Position numbers and translations under genes: made by a program. This document shows, one piece after another, positions 60,350-64,000 of a stretch of 64,000 nucleotides of DNA. This DNA comes from a virus. Lineage: Duplodnaviria; Caudoviricetes. The notes beneath the pieces were generated by a model. It was given only the letters and a program-made list of their open reading frames with translations, searched no databases and was not told where the DNA came from. The stretch's first letter is position 1, and every line of letters starts with the position of its first letter. The DNA is taken from positions 32,001-96,000 of IMG/VR virus record IMGVR_UViG_3300013382_000007; one strand, given 5' to 3'.

Positions 60350-61135
60350 ATGAAAACTCTACAGGAAATACATGATAGTATATTAAATTACTTCAGTGGT
60401 CTATCAGACCTGAATATTCAGGATGGAACGGTACTGGATGATTACTCATATGCGATGGCTGACGCTTTAGCTCAAGCATATATCGAAATAGAAAACAATA
60501 AAAATCCATATCTGTACAGTAAGATATCTGGCAGCAATCTTGATGACCTTGGATACATGGTCAATTGTCCTCGTGAGGCAGACGAACAAGATGACTCTTA
60601 TTTGCATAGATTAGTAGAATGGATGATCAGCTGTGAAGCTGCAAACTATGACAGTATAGAGAATGCATTGATGAATCTTGAGTTCTCTTCATTTGCTTCA
60701 TATGTTCCGTATATTTATGGTGTTGGCACAGCAGCTGTATATCTTATCCCCGTATCTTATGACACAGAAACTATTTACAGAGCTAAGATAGAAGCAAAAA
60801 ACAGAGTAGACAAAGTTCAGTCTGCTGGTTCTTATATTGAATATATAACCCCTACTCAAAAGTTTGTCAAGCTTGCAGTTCATTTAGAATATGAAGATGA
60901 TGCTGATAAACAGTATGTACTCACACAGCTTACGAACAAGATTCAAAACTATATCAACGGTATAGCTATTGGTAGCAGTCTTGAAATTGGTGAAATAAAT
61001 AGAATAGGAATTAATCAAGCTGGGCTCAGCTATTTTGTTGTTGTCCAAATGTATATAGATGATGAGCCCGCAAATGAACTCTCTTACTTACAAACCATCA
61101 CAAATAAATATGTTTTCGACCAGATGACATATTAA
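60350..61135 (+). CDS. Baseplate J-like protein
   Basis: SGSNLDDLG...R..EQDDSYLHR, GVGTAAVYL, IQNYINGIAIG. Confidence 0.8.
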   Translation: MKTLQEIHDSILNYFSGLSDLNIQDGTVLDDYSYAMADALAQAYIEIENNKNPYLYSKISGSNLDDLGYMVNCPREADEQDDSYLHRLVEWMISCEAANYDSIENALMNLEFSSFASYVPYIYGVGTAAVYLIPVSYDTETIYRAKIEAKNRVDKVQSAGSYIEYITPTQKFVKLAVHLEYEDDADKQYVLTQLTNKIQNYINGIAIGSSLEIGEINRIGINQAGLSYFVVVQMYIDDEPANELSYLQTITNKYVFDQMTY

Positions 61136-61148
61136 GGAGAAAAACTTA

Positions 61149-64000
61149 ATGCTTGATAATAACGCACTACTCTCATTAATGACCAAGCATTTTCCAAGAT
61201 GGATGGACATTAGAAAGAGAGTTAAAACTTCTAATGGTGGAATGTATTTACAGTCTCTTGCCTATAATACATCTTTAATACAAGAAGCCATTGAAGACTA
61301 TAAAAAAGATTTCTTTCTTATAAATTATATAGATAAATATGATGATGTGCCATATTATATTTATTATATAAACATCGGAAATATTGACACAAAGAATCTT
61401 ACGATCACATATCCATCAGGATTATCAGAGGTTTCTTCTGTCAAGGACTTTTATAATACTTCGAACACTTATTATTATGAAGATAATAAGATATTCTTTA
61501 AGAAAGAAAACATTGATGAAACATCAGCTCGTGTTAATTATATCTATGATGATAACAATCATAATGCAATTATAAGCAAGCTGTATGTATGGAATATATT
61601 TGATGAGTTTGCAGCATTCGTAGGACTTGAAAGATTTATAGACGAAGACAATAAATCTCTTACGAATAGGATTCTGAATGTTTTTAAATGTATACCTAAT
61701 AGCTCAGAAGATGGTCTTAAGAATGCTATAATTAACGATACTATTAATTATATAAATGATAATTATCCGTCTATGAGCTTCAATGAGATTAGGAATAAAA
61801 TTATTGTAGAAAGACCTACTGCTGAAAATCTCAAACTCAAATATAATGAATTTACAACCGTCCTTGATAAACTTGCCGAGATAAATGCCGATGTTTATAG
61901 AACAAAGGTATGGGATGAGGATATTTGGCAATTTGCATTATCTGGAATCGATTATATTCCTCATACATGGGATTATATTTTAGCAGCATATACAAATGGT
62001 ATTGGTTTTAAAGATGATTTAAAACCTGAATTTATTGAAAAGCCTTCTGATAATAATGCATCCGCAAAAGTATCTGTTTATAAGCAGGATACTTCAAAGA
62101 TTCAGGAGTATCTTTCTGGGCATACTATTGACAAAGCTGTTAAACTAAGATTACTAAAATATAATGAGAACCTTCAGGCTACTAATATAAAGTATACTAT
62201 AACAGCTTCAAGGCCAGTAGATATTACTCAGAGTATGTCTAAAATAAAGCTGAGAGTCAGAAATAATAGTGCATCCACCCAACCAATAGACATTTCCCTG
62301 AGTGAATTAATTCCTATAGATACTGAATATGAGCAGCTGTTTTTAAATAACGTTACACAATCATTCATCAAGTATCATAAGGAATTTATTTATGAACCTG
62401 ATCCTGAGCCAGAGCCCGACCCAGATCCTGATCCGGGTAACCCTGATCCTGATAAACCTAATCCAGGAGGAGAAACTGGTGGAGGTTCTGAATCAGGTGG
62501 TGGCACGGAATCTGGAGGAAGTGGATCTGAGTCTAGTGAAGACAGTGATTCTGAAACAGATCCTACTAATCCTGACCAAGAAGAAACTAGGACTGATACA
62601 GATGATTCTGGCACAACTAAAGATTCAGGAACAGAAATATATAGAGATAAAGTTATTAAAGAGATTATTATAACAACATCTATTGAAAGAATTGATTATG
62701 ATAATCCATTAATAGCAGCAGCAATTAAAAAACTTAATTCAAGCAATATATACTTCTCTATTATATCTGATTCAGATGATTTAGAATCTGTATTTGTTTA
62801 TAATAGCAATGACACCTTATGTTATGATATCACAAATAATCATCTTAATAAGTTTGAATATTGCTATTTAACAAGCAAAGCCGAGACTACATATACATCT
62901 TATAATAACTTAAAGACGTATGTTAAAAAAACAGATAATGTTGAAATCATCAACAATTTCTCTCCGATCATGCAGTTGGATCAGCAGTATATTTATGTAA
63001 TCAATGATTGTACTAATTGTACTGCTACATTCAATAATGATAAATATGATAAGTATATTCATTCATGGAGCTTTGGCAATAGTCTTATAAATATCGTCTC
63101 TGATGTCAATTATACAAATGTTGAGTATACAGAATATATTTTTGATGGCGTTGTAAAAACCAACTCTCCTAACATCTTATTCTCTGACATCTTCACAGAA
63201 GATAACATCAAAAAGTATTTGTCATATGAAGACGAACAGATAATCCCATCTGACTTCAGCATACAGAATCTTTGCAAGTATGAGATAATCAACAATGATA
63301 CTACATCCAATTCTTTAACAGTTAATTACTCAAAGAATTTACAGAGTCAAATAGATTTATCTAATGATCCAAATAATATAAATAAGTATGTAAGATCAGT
63401 TAAAGTTACAAATATAACCAGTGATTATATAAAGTTACCGCATGTAAATATTGATACAATCTTTTATATTGGTTCTAATATGAACTGGAGACTTGGTGAA
63501 GATACATCTGGCGACTTTACAGACTATAAGCTTCATAATGATAAGGGACTAATTACATTTAATCATGTACCAAATCAAGATCTATATATAGTATATACTG
63601 TTAAGGTTCCCGAGTCATTATCTATTGATATAAATGAATTATATCGCTTGATTGAATATAACAAACAAGCATATAATAAAATATATGAACATACTATAGC
63701 AGGCATTTATGACGGATATATATATGACTTATCTGCTCTAAATATTGAAGGATTCGATGATAATTGCAATATTATAGTTTCTGATTATTCCACATATTAT
63801 ATTCCGGCTATTATTAATAATACTGTTTTATTTAATAAAGCTCCTGAAAATGCAATAGCTATAAAGTATGGATATTATTATTTTGGAGATCAAGAGTATT
63901 ATCTGCTCGCCAATAAAAATCCTTCTTCTGAGGAAAATATAACCAGTGTCTCTTTTGATAATATAAGAGCTAATGGCTCTGAAATTATTTTAAATAGATA
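61149..64000 (+). CDS. Large baseplate wedge/tail protein, truncated by the window end
   Basis: AAGGAG RBS, ATG 61149; frame appears open to the end (no closed ORF reported in the track); VWNIFDEFAAFVGLERF..EDNKSL.NRI wedge-like motif; PD/GS-rich linker at ~62390-62620. Confidence 0.75.
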   Translation, partial: MLDNNALLSLMTKHFPRWMDIRKRVKTSNGGMYLQSLAYNTSLIQEAIEDYKKDFFLINYIDKYDDVPYYIYYINIGNIDTKNLTITYPSGLSEVSSVKDFYNTSNTYYYEDNKIFFKKENIDETSARVNYIYDDNNHNAIISKLYVWNIFDEFAAFVGLERFIDEDNKSLTNRILNVFKCIPNSSEDGLKNAIINDTINYINDNYPSMSFNEIRNKIIVERPTAENLKLKYNEFTTVLDKLAEINADVYRTKVWDEDIWQFALSGIDYIPHTWDYILAAYTNGIGFKDDLKPEFIEKPSDNNASAKVSVYKQDTSKIQEYLSGHTIDKAVKLRLLKYNENLQATNIKYTITASRPVDITQSMSKIKLRVRNNSASTQPIDISLSELIPIDTEYEQLFLNNVTQSFIKYHKEFIYEPDPEPEPDPDPDPGNPDPDKPNPGGETGGGSESGGGTESGGSGSESSEDSDSETDPTNPDQEETRTDTDDSGTTKDSGTEIYRDKVIKEIIITTSIERIDYDNPLIAAAIKKLNSSNIYFSIISDSDDLESVFVYNSNDTLCYDITNNHLNKFEYCYLTSKAETTYTSYNNLKTYVKKTDNVEIINNFSPIMQLDQQYIYVINDCTNCTATFNNDKYDKYIHSWSFGNSLINIVSDVNYTNVEYTEYIFDGVVKTNSPNILFSDIFTEDNIKKYLSYEDEQIIPSDFSIQNLCKYEIINNDTTSNSLTVNYSKNLQSQIDLSNDPNNINKYVRSVKVTNITSDYIKLPHVNIDTIFYIGSNMNWRLGEDTSGDFTDYKLHNDKGLITFNHVPNQDLYIVYTVKVPESLSIDINELYRLIEYNKQAYNKIYEHTIAGIYDGYIYDLSALNIEGFDDNCNIIVSDYSTYYIPAIINNTVLFNKAPENAIAIKYGYYYFGDQEYYLLANKNPSSEENITSVSFDNIRANGSEIILNR
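62391..62620 (+). repeat. Low-complexity coding repeat (EPDPEPEPDPDPDP...GGETGGGSESGGGTESGG)
   Basis: Degenerate 6-nt (CCTGAT/CCAGAG) and 18-nt (GGTGGAGGTTCTGAATCA-like) repeats in frame with the 61149 ORF. Confidence 0.8.

Noticed and set aside
486-63310. Numerous short minus-strand and out-of-frame ORFs in the track
   Set aside because: All are nested within longer, motif-bearing + strand genes and have no independent support.
1-64000. tRNA, rRNA, CRISPR array, integrase/transposase, DGR
   Set aside because: None recognisable by eye; intergenic gaps are short and explained by terminators or introns.

Overview
AT-rich segment of a large contractile-tailed (myovirus-type, probably jumbo) phage. 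Strong AGGAGG-type ribosome-binding sites suggest a Firmicutes/Clostridia-like host (inference). All credible genes are on the + strand. 1-6.8 kb is an accessory operon: two membrane proteins, a Upf1/DNA2-NAM7-like SF1 helicase and an IF2-N-like/PLD nuclease. From ~6.9 kb to the end is a virion morphogenesis region: probable small terminase, Gly/Ala-rich proteins, large terminase, GroES, portal with a MuF-like tail, prohead protease, capsid proteins, neck, two sheath paralogs, three tube paralogs, two chaperone paralogs, three giant proteins (2048, 2782 and 3061 aa) and baseplate genes. Highlights: (1) the 2782-aa tail-module protein has colinear beta- and beta'-like motifs of a single-chain two-barrel RNA polymerase (RxP...DNDSD), fused to an intact N-terminal DEDDh exonuclease and a C-terminal hydrophobic helix, making it a candidate virion RNAP with its own exonuclease; (2) a group I intron splits the terminase Walker A motif and carries, in its P8 loop, two apparently paralogous non-endonuclease genes with their own sigmaA-like promoter; (3) an ORF-less group I intron in the tail tube gene lacks the canonical U at its 5' splice site. 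All calls come from motifs read by eye; no database search was run.
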